From NCBI GenBank assembly GCA_016193365.1, contig JACPSI010000120.1, positions 2,640-66,639 on the forward strand: DNA of 64,000 nucleotides, read 5' to 3'. Both the position numbers and the translations under genes were made by a program. The notes beneath the pieces are model-generated. The model had not been told where the DNA came from, searched no databases, and was given only the letters and a program-made list of their open reading frames with translations. The stretch's first letter is position 1. Every line of letters starts with the position of its first letter. This document shows, piece by piece, positions 8,626 through 18,779 of the stretch. Source of the DNA: Ignavibacteriales bacterium (GTDB taxonomy: Bacteria; Bacteroidota; Ignavibacteria; UBA10030).

Positions 8626-9783
8626 TTATGGCTTGAACTCAGCGGGCCGGCTTCGCCGATATCCGAAAAACCACCGGATGGCCTGAACCGTGCGCCACGC
8701 AGCCTTACCGTCGCCGTACGGATTGGCCCGCTTCGCCATCGAACGGGATGTTCTGCCCTCGCTCAAGAGCCGTTTACTCTCACGGTAGATTCTCTTCTCG
8801 TCCAGACCAACGAGTTTTACCGTGCCCGCCCTGACTGCTTCGGGTCTTTCTGTGACCTTCCTCAACACGAGAACGGGTTTGCCGAGCGAAGGCGCTTCTT
8901 CCTGAATACCGCCGGAGTCCGTGACAATGAATGAGCTTGTCTTCATCAGGTTGACGAAGTCTTTGTAGTTCAGCGGCTCAAGAAGAAGAATATTGGCGAG
9001 ACCTGAGAGCGTTGGATAAACAACATTGCGAACAACAGGATTCCTATGCACCGGAAAAACGAAGTTGACGTCGGAATTTTCGTTTGCGAGCCTTTTGATT
9101 GCTTTGCAAGCTCCCAACATCGGCTTTCCCCAATTTTCTCTTCGATGTATTGTAATAAGCACCAGGCGTTTTCCGCGGGCAGCTTCTCTGGTAATGCCAT
9201 TCAAAACCTGCGAATCAAACCTATGGTTACGCTCAACCGTTGTGACCAAGGCGTCGATTACTGTATTCCCTGTGGTGAAAATCGTTTGACGGTCGACTCC
9301 TTCAGCCAGGAGCAGTTTTTTTGCAGTTTTTGTTGCCGCAAAATGGAGATCAGCAATATGCCCCGTGAGCCGACGGTTTATCTCTTCCGGAAAAGGGTTG
9401 AGCTTATCCAATGTCCGCAATCCGGCTTCGATGTGGCCGACAGAAACTTTGTGGTAAAAAGCGACGAGGCTTCCCAAAAACGTCGTCGACGTGTCTCCCT
9501 GGACAAGCACAAGGTCGGGTTTTGCACCAGCAACGATGGTGTCGAGCCTCTCGAGCGTGCGTGATGAAATCTGGGACAGCGTTTGGCCCGTTTGCATGAT
9601 GTTCAGGTCGTAGGTAGGCTTTATCCGAAAAACTTCAAGCACCTGGTCAAGCATGTGCCTGTGCTGCGCCGTGGCTACCGTGATGACTCTGAATTCGCGC
9701 TTAAACCTCCGGAGCTCGTGGATGACCGGCGCCATTTTGATTGTGTCGGGACGAGTGCCGAAGATGCAGAGGATGGTTTTCAT
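8626..9783 (-). CDS. wecB: UDP-N-acetylglucosamine 2-epimerase (non-hydrolysing)
   Basis: FGTRPDTIKMAP, VQGDT, HIEAGLR, PFPEEINR, DSGGIQEEAP, NPYGDG. Confidence 0.96.
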   Translation of the reverse strand: MKTILCIFGTRPDTIKMAPVIHELRRFKREFRVITVATAQHRHMLDQVLEVFRIKPTYDLNIMQTGQTLSQISSRTLERLDTIVAGAKPDLVLVQGDTSTTFLGSLVAFYHKVSVGHIEAGLRTLDKLNPFPEEINRRLTGHIADLHFAATKTAKKLLLAEGVDRQTIFTTGNTVIDALVTTVERNHRFDSQVLNGITREAARGKRLVLITIHRRENWGKPMLGACKAIKRLANENSDVNFVFPVHRNPVVRNVVYPTLSGLANILLLEPLNYKDFVNLMKTSSFIVTDSGGIQEEAPSLGKPVLVLRKVTERPEAVRAGTVKLVGLDEKRIYRESKRLLSEGRTSRSMAKRANPYGDGKAAWRTVQAIRWFFGYRRSRPAEFKP

Positions 9784-9911
9784 TTGAAATCGGTAGGACG
9801 GCGTTTCCCGAAGGGATGGCTTCGCCAAACGCCGTCGTACGAAGGAACAATGTACGCAGACTTTGCCGGATTCTTTAATAAAAAAGAGGAACTAAGAAGA
9901 TTTAACGAGGT

Positions 9912-9949
9912 AGACTTCCGAAATTCAACCACCGCTGATTTCGGAAGTC
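9912..9949. repeat. GACTTCCGAA/TTCGGAAGTC REP-like doublet
   Basis: gacttccgaaat...atttcggaagtc inverted repeat. Confidence 0.6.
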
Positions 9950-9958
9950 CGGTGAAGG

Positions 9959-10591
9959 TTAGCGGTACTGAACGCCCATTGTTATCGAAAAACCTGAAGG
10001 GTTCACGAGGAATGTGTAATTGTCCGGCACGGTATCTTCAGCTTTTCCGGCAATGTAAAACCGCGGTTCAATGAAAATCTGGCCGATCAGGAGGCGCAGG
10101 AATACCGTTCCGAAAGCTTTTCCCCCGTTTCTGGTTTCGGTCTGCGAGCTGAGGCCACCGCCAAGGATGCCGCCACTGCCTGAAGCGTACTCAACGGCGT
10201 AGAAATAGAGATAATATCCTCCCCCAGCTCCCGCATACGCACGACTGTCCGCGTCGGGGACATCAAAGAGTTTGAAACCTACGTTGGCGTGCAACGGTAT
10301 GAGAACCATTTGTTGCTGATACACCGTCGGCTTTGGATCCTTGAAAATGCCGATGGTTTGTTTCATATAAAGGTCTGCTGCACCCGTGAGAGTGAATTTG
10401 TAATTGATGAATTCCGTCACACCATCAATGCCAAAGAGCAGGCCGTTGTTGAGGCCGTCGCTTGGCTGGTAGAATCCAAATTTTCCGCTGTAGTATTGCC
10501 TCAGGTTGGAGCTCTTTTCTTCGCTTTTCTCCTGTGCAAAGACAGAAACCGAGGCCATCACAATCAGAGACACAGCAAGAATAATTCTCAT
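9959..10591 (-). CDS. Outer-membrane beta-barrel protein (hypothetical)
   Basis: Signal peptide, alternating beta-strand pattern, YAGAGGGYY, C-terminal aromatic; GGAGG RBS. Confidence 0.7.
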   Translation of the reverse strand: MRIILAVSLIVMASVSVFAQEKSEEKSSNLRQYYSGKFGFYQPSDGLNNGLLFGIDGVTEFINYKFTLTGAADLYMKQTIGIFKDPKPTVYQQQMVLIPLHANVGFKLFDVPDADSRAYAGAGGGYYLYFYAVEYASGSGGILGGGLSSQTETRNGGKAFGTVFLRLLIGQIFIEPRFYIAGKAEDTVPDNYTFLVNPSGFSITMGVQYR

Positions 10592-10631
10592 ACTTTTACC
10601 CTCCTGCGAGATTGAATAGTTACGCCCGCAA

Positions 10632-11090
10632 TTATCCAAAGTAAAACCGCACTCCGACGCCAGCGCCCACACCGAACGAACTTGCCGGCACAATGATCAC
10701 CGTGGGCACAACTTGAAAGAAAACATCAATCGGCACCTGCCGCGAAAGCCACGCCACGCCGAACACGCCGCGAACACCAAGGGCAGCTTCTCCCCCGCCA
10801 CCGGAGGTTAGTGCGCCGCCCACTCCGTAATAGACAGGAAACCGCTCTGTAGACCGGATGACGTCAAACGAGTGCCACAAGTAGTCGACACTCATGAGTG
10901 CGCGGTTTCCTTTGAACCTGTCGGAGAGAGAAAACCCGAATTGCAGAGTGCTTTGTCTTGACATCCACAGATTTGCGCTCATCCCGGTTGGGTCGCCGAT
11001 GACAACTCCAAGGCCAAACCCGTGGTCTTGAGCAATCGCACTGAACGACATGAGCCCGCACCCGAACAAAACCACGATCATCTTCCTCAT
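10632..11090 (-). CDS. Small outer-membrane beta-barrel protein (DUF3996-like)
   Basis: FGLGVVIGDPTGMS, DYLWH, YYGVG, GVRFYF terminus; GGAGG RBS. Confidence 0.75.
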   Translation of the reverse strand: MRKMIVVLFGCGLMSFSAIAQDHGFGLGVVIGDPTGMSANLWMSRQSTLQFGFSLSDRFKGNRALMSVDYLWHSFDVIRSTERFPVYYGVGGALTSGGGGEAALGVRGVFGVAWLSRQVPIDVFFQVVPTVIIVPASSFGVGAGVGVRFYFG

Positions 11091-11119
11091 ACATCCTCCG
11101 ATATTTTTGGCTGTCAATA

Positions 11120-11148
11120 ATTATACGAAAGAGAGCGCGTTTGGACAA
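11120..11148 (-). promoter_or_regulatory. Sigma70-type promoter
   Basis: TTGTCC-17bp-TATAAT on minus strand. Confidence 0.6.
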
Positions 11149-11200
11149 GGGCTTCATCACAAAAAAACCGGTCTCGTGCAATAAATCACGCGTTTTTATT

Positions 11201-11229
11201 TTGCAATTCGCATCGTCACTGTGTACATT
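11201..11229 (+). promoter_or_regulatory. Sigma70-type promoter
   Basis: TTGCAA-17bp-TACATT. Confidence 0.5.
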
Positions 11230-11280
11230 CTTCACACTTTGTCTACTGCACAATACATTTCGTAATTTTGAAGGTTGAAC

Positions 11281-11769
11281 ATGAAAAGAATTTCTCAAAG
11301 CGCAGAGAGAAAATTGCTTTTGAAAATGGTTGACGAGGGTTATGCATCGAGAGCGTGGCACGGGCCTAATCTGCGAGGTGCCATCCGGGGACTGAACGCA
11401 AAACAAGCCTCGTGGCGGCCGTCGAAAAAACGCCACAACATATGGGAAATAGTTGTGCACTGCGCATACTGGAAGTACATTGTGCGAAGAAGAATCCTTG
11501 GAGAGAAAAAAGGCTCGTTCCCGCTTAAAGGCAGCAATTGGTTTCACAGACCTGAAGAGGTCACCGAACCATCCTGGAAACGGGATAGAAAACTTCTTGC
11601 AGATATGCATTCCTCCTTGGCAGAAGCGATTACCGGGCTGGAGGATTCAGACTTACAGAAGAAACCGAAAGGAAGCATCTGGTCAATCCGCTCGACGGTC
11701 TATGGCATCGCAATGCACGATGTGTATCACGCGGGCCAAATTCAGTTGTTGAAAAGAATGATGAAATAA
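11281..11769 (+). CDS. DinB family protein
   Basis: AWHGP, HNIWEIVVH..YW, HDVYHAGQIQLL. Confidence 0.88.
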   Translation: MKRISQSAERKLLLKMVDEGYASRAWHGPNLRGAIRGLNAKQASWRPSKKRHNIWEIVVHCAYWKYIVRRRILGEKKGSFPLKGSNWFHRPEEVTEPSWKRDRKLLADMHSSLAEAITGLEDSDLQKKPKGSIWSIRSTVYGIAMHDVYHAGQIQLLKRMMK

Positions 11770-11788
11770 TCCGTGAGGAAGCCTCTTC

Positions 11789-11867
11789 AGGATGAGTGGA
11801 AGTTAGATGGGTGGAGTAGTGACTCTGCTTTCATTTATCCATTAATCCATAAATCCACTAATCCAAC
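11789..11867. repeat. Inverted arrays of 8-nt tandem units (AATCCAYT / complementary)
   Basis: tatccatt aatccata aatccact aatccaac preceded by degenerate GGATGAGT-like units. Confidence 0.55.
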
Positions 11868-11884
11868 GCCGATGTTTCCCGGCT

Positions 11885-13195
11885 ATGTCTGAACTCAAAC
11901 GCTCCTTATCGCTGTTTGATCTTACCATGATCGCGATTGGCTCGACGATTGGATCGGGTATCTTTCTTACTCCTGCGCTCATTGCAAAGGAACTTCCGTC
12001 GCCGCTCTGGATCGTCGGCGTGTGGGTTGTCGGGGGTTTGATGGCCTTGAGCGGCGCCCTCACCTTCGCCGAGCTTGGGGCAATGATGCCTCGCGCGGGC
12101 GGAGTCTACGTTTTTTTGACTGAAGCATACGGCGGACTCAGCGGCTTCCTCTTCGGCTGGGCATATTTCCTCGTTGTCAACACAGGAGGCATCGCTGCAC
12201 TTGCGGTGGCTTTTTCAACCTATTTCGGCTTTCTCGTGCCGTTAACGGACGTTGGGCAAACTGCCGTTGCCATTTTCGGAATCATCTTTGTCACGGTTGT
12301 GAATATCCTTGGCGTTAAGGCGGGGGGAATGTTTTCGGATTTATTCACAGTCCTAAAACTCCTCGGGATTTTGTTTTTGATCGCTGTTGGATTTGGCTGG
12401 GGCTCGATTTCTACAACCGACTTTTCCCTCGGGCTTTCTTCGAGCAACCTGAGCGGCGCGCTGACGATCGCTTTCGTCAGTGTTTTGTGGTCTTATGGGG
12501 GATGGCAGCACGCGACTTTTACTGCAGCGGAGGCAAAAGACCCCAAAAGGTCCGTACCGATTGCGCTTGTGCTGGCCACGCTTGTTGTCGGCCTGGTGTA
12601 TATCTCAACGAACATCGCATACATGTTCTTGCTCTCGCCGGCTGATATGGCTTCGTCCCCGAGAATAGCATCAGATGCCGTGAGCGTTGCTCTGGGCCCG
12701 GTCGGAGGGACGATCATCGCTCTCACTATTTTTGTTTCAACATTTGGGACAGCCGGAATTTATACGCTCACCGCGCCGCGCATTTATTACGCAATGGCAA
12801 ACGACGGGTTGTTTTTCAAAAAAGTAGCGGAAGTCCATCCTCGCTACCATACGCCGATGAACGCCATCCTCATTCAGTCCGCCTGGGCAATCGTGCTGAT
12901 TCTGTTTTGGCGAACGTTCGACAAACTCATTTCCTATGTTGTCTTTACCGATTGGATTTTCTTCGCCCTCACGGCCGCAAGTGTGTTCGTGTTTCGCAAA
13001 CGCCTGCCGGACGCTGAGCGGCCCTACAAAACCGTTGCATATCCCTTCCCGCCGGTTTTTTTCATTGCAGTGGCAACATGGTTTGTCATAAACACGTTAG
13101 TGGAAAGACCTCAGGAGGCATGGGCGGGACTGGGCTTCTTGGCCCTGGGTGTTCCGGTGTATTATTTTTGGAAAGGGCGAAGACCCTCGCTGTGA
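11885..13195 (+). CDS. APC family amino acid permease
   Basis: IGSTIGSGIF, AELG..P.AGG.Y, YGGW..AE.KDP, PR..YAMA.DG; about 12 TM segments. Confidence 0.93.
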   Translation: MSELKRSLSLFDLTMIAIGSTIGSGIFLTPALIAKELPSPLWIVGVWVVGGLMALSGALTFAELGAMMPRAGGVYVFLTEAYGGLSGFLFGWAYFLVVNTGGIAALAVAFSTYFGFLVPLTDVGQTAVAIFGIIFVTVVNILGVKAGGMFSDLFTVLKLLGILFLIAVGFGWGSISTTDFSLGLSSSNLSGALTIAFVSVLWSYGGWQHATFTAAEAKDPKRSVPIALVLATLVVGLVYISTNIAYMFLLSPADMASSPRIASDAVSVALGPVGGTIIALTIFVSTFGTAGIYTLTAPRIYYAMANDGLFFKKVAEVHPRYHTPMNAILIQSAWAIVLILFWRTFDKLISYVVFTDWIFFALTAASVFVFRKRLPDAERPYKTVAYPFPPVFFIAVATWFVINTLVERPQEAWAGLGFLALGVPVYYFWKGRRPSL

Positions 13196-13232
13196 CCTCC
13201 CGGGCGAATACTGAAGCGACTGAGTTCGTCGG

Positions 13233-13264
13233 AAAACAAAAGGGCGGCCGTATTGGGCCGCCCT
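13233..13264 (-). terminator. Rho-independent terminator between convergent genes
   Basis: AGGGCGGCC/GGCCGCCCT stem with U-tract on minus strand. Confidence 0.7.
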
Positions 13265-13289
13265 CGAAGCTCCATCTACACGAGCAATC

Positions 13290-15830
13290 CTACGCTTTCG
13301 CCTCAAATGCTTTCTGAACGAGCATCAAGATGTGCTGGGTGTGTGCAGCCGTCTCGGCATTCCCTCGCTGTCGCACTTTCAACATCCTTTCAATGGCTTT
13401 CAACTGAAACACTGCCTGGGATTGTGCGGTGTAATTATATCGAGACTTCCCTTCCGGCGTCAGAACCGCGGTCAACCGGTTGACATATTCAAGCTGGAGA
13501 TTCTGCCGGTAGACGTTGACTTCTGTCTTGAGATCCTCCTGAAAGATCCCGTCCGTCAAGTCTGACATCATTTCCGCAAGCGAGTATTGATTGCCGTACA
13601 TTCTTGAATCGTTCAGTCGTTTCATGACGACAGGATGCAGGAGATGGTTAACGACATTTCGTTGAATGTTTAGCACGCGGTCAGTGAGTTTCGGGTCTTC
13701 GGTCGTTCCGAAGAAACTGAATCCCCGTCTCTGCACCTGGAGAAGTCCGAACAGGTCATCGGCTGTTTTGAATGCACCGGGCGAAAACAAATGCGTTTTT
13801 AATGCTTGCATTGCCTTCTTTTGATCGGCCCTGCTGACGGGCGTCAGAGGCTTGCCTGTTTTCGTCTGCCCGACGAATCCACGGTCGACATACACTCCTC
13901 CGACAAAGCGGGAGATCACGGAAACCATGGAGCTGTATTGGCCCGTGGCGATGAGAAAAGCATTCCGTAGTTCATGGTATGACTGACCAGGCTTTGAGTA
14001 TTTTGTCTTGATCTTGCCGATGACCGTGTTTGTCAATTTCAAACGGTCAATGGAGTACGACACGGCGTCGCTCGACATGTCGTTGATCATCACCCTCGGG
14101 TCGATGCCTGCCCCCGGAGACCGCATATCATCGGCATCGTTTCCGAACATGAGGGCCGGCTCCGTCGAACGAGAAAGGATCTTTTCGTGGCGCGTCTTCT
14201 CCGCATTCTTGTCGGTCAGCGACGTCGAGTACCCGAATTCAATTGCCCATCGGTCATACGGGCCCGGAATCGTGATAAAATACTCACCCTGCTTTTTCCT
14301 GTCCGAAGCTATGTTCACCGCCGGATAATCCATCACAGAGCCGTACAAACCGTTCTTCGACGTCCATTCTTTATCATTCATCTTCTGCGGCGAGAGCAAG
14401 TTGCTTGCTTTCATGTTATGATTGAGTCCAAGAGTGTGTCCGATTTCATGCAGAACGAGAAAATACAGGGATTGACCCAGGAATTCGTTTTTCTCAGAGT
14501 CGGTCGCATCCATCGCATGAAGAGTTTGCATGCCGAACAGTGCGTTTTCGTGCGCGAAGAGTGACGCCTGGCAGTTCCTGGGGTTCTTCTGTTCATTGGT
14601 TTCCAAATGCAGGCCGGCAAGATCAAACAATTCCTCCTGCATCAGGCGGTTGGTGACATAAATGTATTCCAGCATCACGTCTGCGCCAAGGATCTGGCCG
14701 GTGCGCGGATTGACGAAACTCGGGCCGTATCCGCCAAACGGAGGATTGGGCGAGGAGGTCCATCGCAGCACGTTGTAACGAATGTCCCCCGCGTCCCACG
14801 TTGCGTCCTCGGGCTGGACGTTCACCTGCACCGCGTTTTTGAATCCCGCTGCTTCAAAGGCAACATTCCAGGCGAGTGCCGCTTTTCGTATTGTCTCCCG
14901 GAGATTCACAGGCGTCGTGTTTTCGATCCACCAGACAATGGGCTCCACCGGCTCCGACAACGAGGCGGCTGGATCTTTTTTCTTCAGGTTCCACCGGTTA
15001 ATTAAATCTCTGTAAGGCGTCGCTGAGTTTGATGTCAGGTCGTTTACCTGTTCCGTAAAAAAACCTACGCGAGGGTCGTCAAACCGAGGTTCGTAATCGT
15101 TCTGAGGAACCTCGATCATACTGTGCTGCATCTTAAGGCTCACATACCGCGGGTCTGTAACTTCCCGGCCGCCCCTCACGAGGGGAGCCTGGTTTTCATA
15201 GACATACTCCACGACGACATCTGTGTTCGCCGGATAGTTCTTGATCGATATGATTTTTGTCCGATCCTTGTTGAGATTCCCAAGCGTGAAGACTGTTCCA
15301 GGCTTGACGTTCGGATTCGGCGAGGGCTTGATTTGCTGGAACATCTCGCTCAAGAACACATCGTCGACCTTAATGAGGTACTCATGTTTCACGGAGTCCT
15401 TTGCCACGATTTTTTGAGAAGAAAGGACGGCGTTGCTGATGTTCGCATCCGACGCGCGGTGAAGGGCGTTGCTGCGGTCGAAATAATACCCTGTATTTTC
15501 GGCCACGAATTCTATGCGGTTGAAGTACTTGCGCACAGAGAAGGTTTTGTTTTCGGTATACGCCCCCCGGAAATACCCTGCCGCCACAACTCCGTTTTCC
15601 GCAAAACTGAAGTAAATGTATTCTTTGTTGATTTGATCGTTGCGGACCAGCATATGGACGGTTCCGTCCGTTGAATCCTGATAGAGCGTAAACAGCCCTT
15701 CATATTGCCGGCTTGCTTTTATAACGTCCTTGATGCTTTTGGTCGCAGGGGTTTCGGGCTTCTGCTGACTTACGGCATTCACCAAGAACGCTGCCAGAGC
15801 CGTCATGGCAATGAGTAAACGTCTTTTCAT
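13290..15830 (-). CDS. Secreted zinc-dependent metalloprotease (DUF5117/DUF4953 metzincin)
   Basis: HEIGHTLGLNH, SVMDY Met-turn, PRFDDPRVGFF; GGAGG RBS before ATG 15830. Confidence 0.9.
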   Translation of the reverse strand: MKRRLLIAMTALAAFLVNAVSQQKPETPATKSIKDVIKASRQYEGLFTLYQDSTDGTVHMLVRNDQINKEYIYFSFAENGVVAAGYFRGAYTENKTFSVRKYFNRIEFVAENTGYYFDRSNALHRASDANISNAVLSSQKIVAKDSVKHEYLIKVDDVFLSEMFQQIKPSPNPNVKPGTVFTLGNLNKDRTKIISIKNYPANTDVVVEYVYENQAPLVRGGREVTDPRYVSLKMQHSMIEVPQNDYEPRFDDPRVGFFTEQVNDLTSNSATPYRDLINRWNLKKKDPAASLSEPVEPIVWWIENTTPVNLRETIRKAALAWNVAFEAAGFKNAVQVNVQPEDATWDAGDIRYNVLRWTSSPNPPFGGYGPSFVNPRTGQILGADVMLEYIYVTNRLMQEELFDLAGLHLETNEQKNPRNCQASLFAHENALFGMQTLHAMDATDSEKNEFLGQSLYFLVLHEIGHTLGLNHNMKASNLLSPQKMNDKEWTSKNGLYGSVMDYPAVNIASDRKKQGEYFITIPGPYDRWAIEFGYSTSLTDKNAEKTRHEKILSRSTEPALMFGNDADDMRSPGAGIDPRVMINDMSSDAVSYSIDRLKLTNTVIGKIKTKYSKPGQSYHELRNAFLIATGQYSSMVSVISRFVGGVYVDRGFVGQTKTGKPLTPVSRADQKKAMQALKTHLFSPGAFKTADDLFGLLQVQRRGFSFFGTTEDPKLTDRVLNIQRNVVNHLLHPVVMKRLNDSRMYGNQYSLAEMMSDLTDGIFQEDLKTEVNVYRQNLQLEYVNRLTAVLTPEGKSRYNYTAQSQAVFQLKAIERMLKVRQRGNAETAAHTQHILMLVQKAFEAKA

Positions 15831-16025
15831 GGAATCCTCCATAATGTTGAACATGATTGAGTGTATGAAATATGCGCTCAGAGTCAGATGAACCGGTCGA
15901 ATCAAAGAAGCGGTGCTGCGAAGCTGCCTGTGGTGGGTACAACAAAAAGGGTACGTTGAATCTTTTTCAAAAGCAACTGACAATCAATTTCGGTAGTGTC
16001 TCATTTTCAAATTTTTCGTTCTCTT

Positions 16026-16108
16026 CTTTGCGAATCTTGCGCCTGCTTTGCGGCCTCGGCGGTTAGTATAACCACAAAGAACGCCGAGGAGGCGCAAAGA
16101 TCGCTAAG
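16026..16108. repeat. Imperfect inverted repeat built of CTTTGCG-type units
   Basis: 16026-16064 closely matches the reverse complement of 16069-16108. Confidence 0.7.
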
Positions 16109-16181
16109 CCGAATGGTAACTGAGACACCACCTCAATTTCCTTTTAGGCCAACTGTGGCTATATTACGAACTCTGACCCCG

Positions 16182-17384
16182 ATGGCCTTGAATCCTTCCG
16201 ACACATTGTCTTCAGCACGACTTGCGGCCGCAAGGGCTCTTTTCCCCCACATTTCAAAAGGGAAGATTTATCTCAACCATGCCGCCACCGCGCCACTTTC
16301 GACGCTCGTCGTTGATGCAACCATGCACTACCTCGAACAGCGTTCGGTCGGCACACTGGAAAACTTCGCAAACGACGTAAAGATGATTTCCGAGTGTCGC
16401 GAGGCCATCCGAAAACTCATCAACGCCGAATCCTCCGACCGCATTGCTCTTGTCGGCAATACGTCTGAAGCGCTCAACATCGTATCTACCGGGATTCCCT
16501 GGAAATCTGGAGACCGGATTCTCCTTAATTCAGCAGAATTCCCTGCTAACGTGTATCCATACCTGCATCTCAAAAAATTGGGCGTCGAGATTGATTTTCT
16601 CCAAGCGCCCGATGGCCGGGTTCCGTATGAACTCATCGAAAAAGACATTACGCCAAAAACCCGGGTGGTGGCTCTCAGTGCGGTGCAATTCCTTTCCGGC
16701 TACAAATCAGACCTTGTTGCAATCGGCGACCTCTGCCGAAGAAAAGATGTCCTTTTTGTTGTCGACGGAATTCAGGCTATCGGCGCTGTGCAGATTGACG
16801 TACAAAAAGCGAAGATTGATGCGCTCGCCACAGGATGCCAAAAATGGCAGCTTGGTCAACAGGGTACCGGCTACCTGTATGTCACCGAAGAATTGCAGAA
16901 GAACATCAGGCAGCAGCATGTGGGATGGTTGTCTGCCGCAGACCCGTGGGATTTTCACAATTTCAATCAGCCGTTATCTCCAACAGCACGCAGGTACGAG
17001 CCCGGCACGTTGAACATTCCAGGACTCTGGGGAACTCAGGGCTCGATCGAATTGCTTTTGCAGTACGGTATTGAAAACATTGAGCGCCACATTCTCTCTA
17101 TTACGCGATCGCTCATCGAGGGATTACGATCTATTGAAGGGCTGGAACTCGTTTCGCCGAATGAGGACAGGGAACGAGCTGGTATTGTGACAGTAAAAGT
17201 CACCGGCTCTCTGGATGCGCAGACCGCTTTTAAGGAAATCGCCGAACGAAACATTACAATTTCATTGCGTGAGGGAATGCTGCGGTTTTCCCCTCATTTT
17301 TACAACTCACCGGAGGATATTGCTTTTACCGTGGATGCTGTCAGAGAATGTCTTTCCGAACAGCCGGCTCTTAAGATGCGCTAA
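16182..17384 (+). CDS. Class V PLP-dependent aminotransferase (cysteine desulfurase/lyase-like)
   Basis: IYLNHAATAP, VDGIQAIG, GCQKW..G..G.G, RYEPGT, LRFSPHFYN. Confidence 0.9.
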   Translation: MALNPSDTLSSARLAAARALFPHISKGKIYLNHAATAPLSTLVVDATMHYLEQRSVGTLENFANDVKMISECREAIRKLINAESSDRIALVGNTSEALNIVSTGIPWKSGDRILLNSAEFPANVYPYLHLKKLGVEIDFLQAPDGRVPYELIEKDITPKTRVVALSAVQFLSGYKSDLVAIGDLCRRKDVLFVVDGIQAIGAVQIDVQKAKIDALATGCQKWQLGQQGTGYLYVTEELQKNIRQQHVGWLSAADPWDFHNFNQPLSPTARRYEPGTLNIPGLWGTQGSIELLLQYGIENIERHILSITRSLIEGLRSIEGLELVSPNEDRERAGIVTVKVTGSLDAQTAFKEIAERNITISLREGMLRFSPHFYNSPEDIAFTVDAVRECLSEQPALKMR

Positions 17385-18048
17385 AGCGCGAAAGTTTTTG
17401 CGAGGACTTCATCGCCCTGATGGAAAGGAAAACTGCAATGAGAAGGGAGAGAAGAGCACCGACTGTGAGCAATGCATAACTTTGCTGGAGAAGAAAGAAA
17501 TCGTACGCGCCGTGAAATCCGACAGCAGACGCCAGCCCATACATTCTCAGCTGCCGTTGATTCCCTTTGAATTTGGAAAGTCCGACAAAGTATCCCATCA
17601 AGACGGCAAACGTCGCGTGTGCGGGAACGGACATGACCATACGCAAGAGCGCCACCCCCAGCCCACCCTGCATGACATAGAGGATATTTTCTGTCGTCGC
17701 GAACCCCATGGAGATCATAACAGAATATACGATACCATCAAACGGTTCGTTGAAATCTCTTTTCGGATATGCCATCCATCGCAAGAACAGGTACTTGCTC
17801 CATTCTTCGCTCAACGCAATAACGAAAAAAGCGTACAGGGCAACAGAGATCATGCTCTGTGACATTCCGAGGCCAAGGTTTTCAGCGACGAGGGGAAGGA
17901 GGATTGCCGGTACCACGCTCACCGCGCCGGCAAAGAAACACTGCAACAACAGGATGAGCGGTTCTTTCTCGAATTTGTCTTTGCAGTACACAAAAAGAGA
18001 AAGCGCAACACCCGGGGCAAATGCGAGTGTGAGAAGAAAATATGGCAT
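17371..18048 (-). CDS. prsW: PrsW family intramembrane glutamic protease
   Basis: EEWSK, DGIVY..GFATTEN, VPAHA, HGAYD. Confidence 0.9.
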   Translation of the reverse strand: MPYFLLTLAFAPGVALSLFVYCKDKFEKEPLILLLQCFFAGAVSVVPAILLPLVAENLGLGMSQSMISVALYAFFVIALSEEWSKYLFLRWMAYPKRDFNEPFDGIVYSVMISMGFATTENILYVMQGGLGVALLRMVMSVPAHATFAVLMGYFVGLSKFKGNQRQLRMYGLASAVGFHGAYDFFLLQQSYALLTVGALLSLLIAVFLSIRAMKSSQKLSRFSAS

Positions 18049-18090
18049 GGGAAGTGTAAAACTACAGCATAGTACAAGTCAGGAGAACGA

Positions 18091-18579
18091 ATGGCAATAA
18101 CAATCTTGGTGACGGGAGGAACCTTCGACAAGGAGTACAATGAACTCGATGGGAAGCTGTTTTTCAAAAACACCCATCTCCACGAAATGCTTCAACTCGG
18201 GAGGTCACGCGTGAAACTCAATATCAAGACATTGATGCTTGTAGACAGCCTCGAGTTGACAGATGAAGACCGGCATACCATACTCCGTCGCTGTATTAAA
18301 ACGAGAGTCGACCGAATAGTTGTGACACACGGGACTGATACCATGGAAATAACAGCGCGGGTTTTGGGAGAAGCCATCAAAGACAAGACCATCGTCCTTA
18401 CCGGAGCGATGGTCCCTTACAAGTTCGGCAGCTCCGACGGTTTGTTTAACCTGGGGAGCGCTCTTGCCTTCGTACAGACCTTGCCGCATGGCGTCTACAT
18501 CGTCATGAACGGAAGGTTCTTCCCATGGGACAATGTGACAAAAAACCGGAAGACGGGCGTTTTTGAAGAATTACACTAG
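18091..18579 (+). CDS. Short asparaginase-domain protein
   Basis: TGGTFDK, DSL, THGTDTM, LTGAM. Confidence 0.88.
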   Translation: MAITILVTGGTFDKEYNELDGKLFFKNTHLHEMLQLGRSRVKLNIKTLMLVDSLELTDEDRHTILRRCIKTRVDRIVVTHGTDTMEITARVLGEAIKDKTIVLTGAMVPYKFGSSDGLFNLGSALAFVQTLPHGVYIVMNGRFFPWDNVTKNRKTGVFEELH

Positions 18580-18581
18580 GT

Positions 18582-18698
18582 CTACAGCGATTGTTCTTCC
18601 TTCTGAGGATGTTGGAGAACTTTCAGGAAGAATTTAACGGTGAAGGACGTAACAACAACCCATGAAAGCAGCATCGTGATCCATGCAGAAGTAGTCAT
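18582..18698 (-). CDS. Small single-pass membrane protein (38 aa, not in ORF track)
   Basis: MTTSAWITMLLSWVVVTSFTVKFFLKVLQHPQKEEQSL*, with AAGGGA RBS. Confidence 0.6.
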   Translation of the reverse strand: MTTSAWITMLLSWVVVTSFTVKFFLKVLQHPQKEEQSL

Positions 18699-18779
18699 GA
18701 TAATTCCCTTCTTGGCAATTGAGATAGAGCTGTAACGATATGTTACAACCCTCCAAAAAAATAATCCAGGGATGACTAC

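Noticed and set aside
10864..11610. 248-aa minus-strand ORF
   Set aside because: Overlaps two well-supported genes and their divergent promoters
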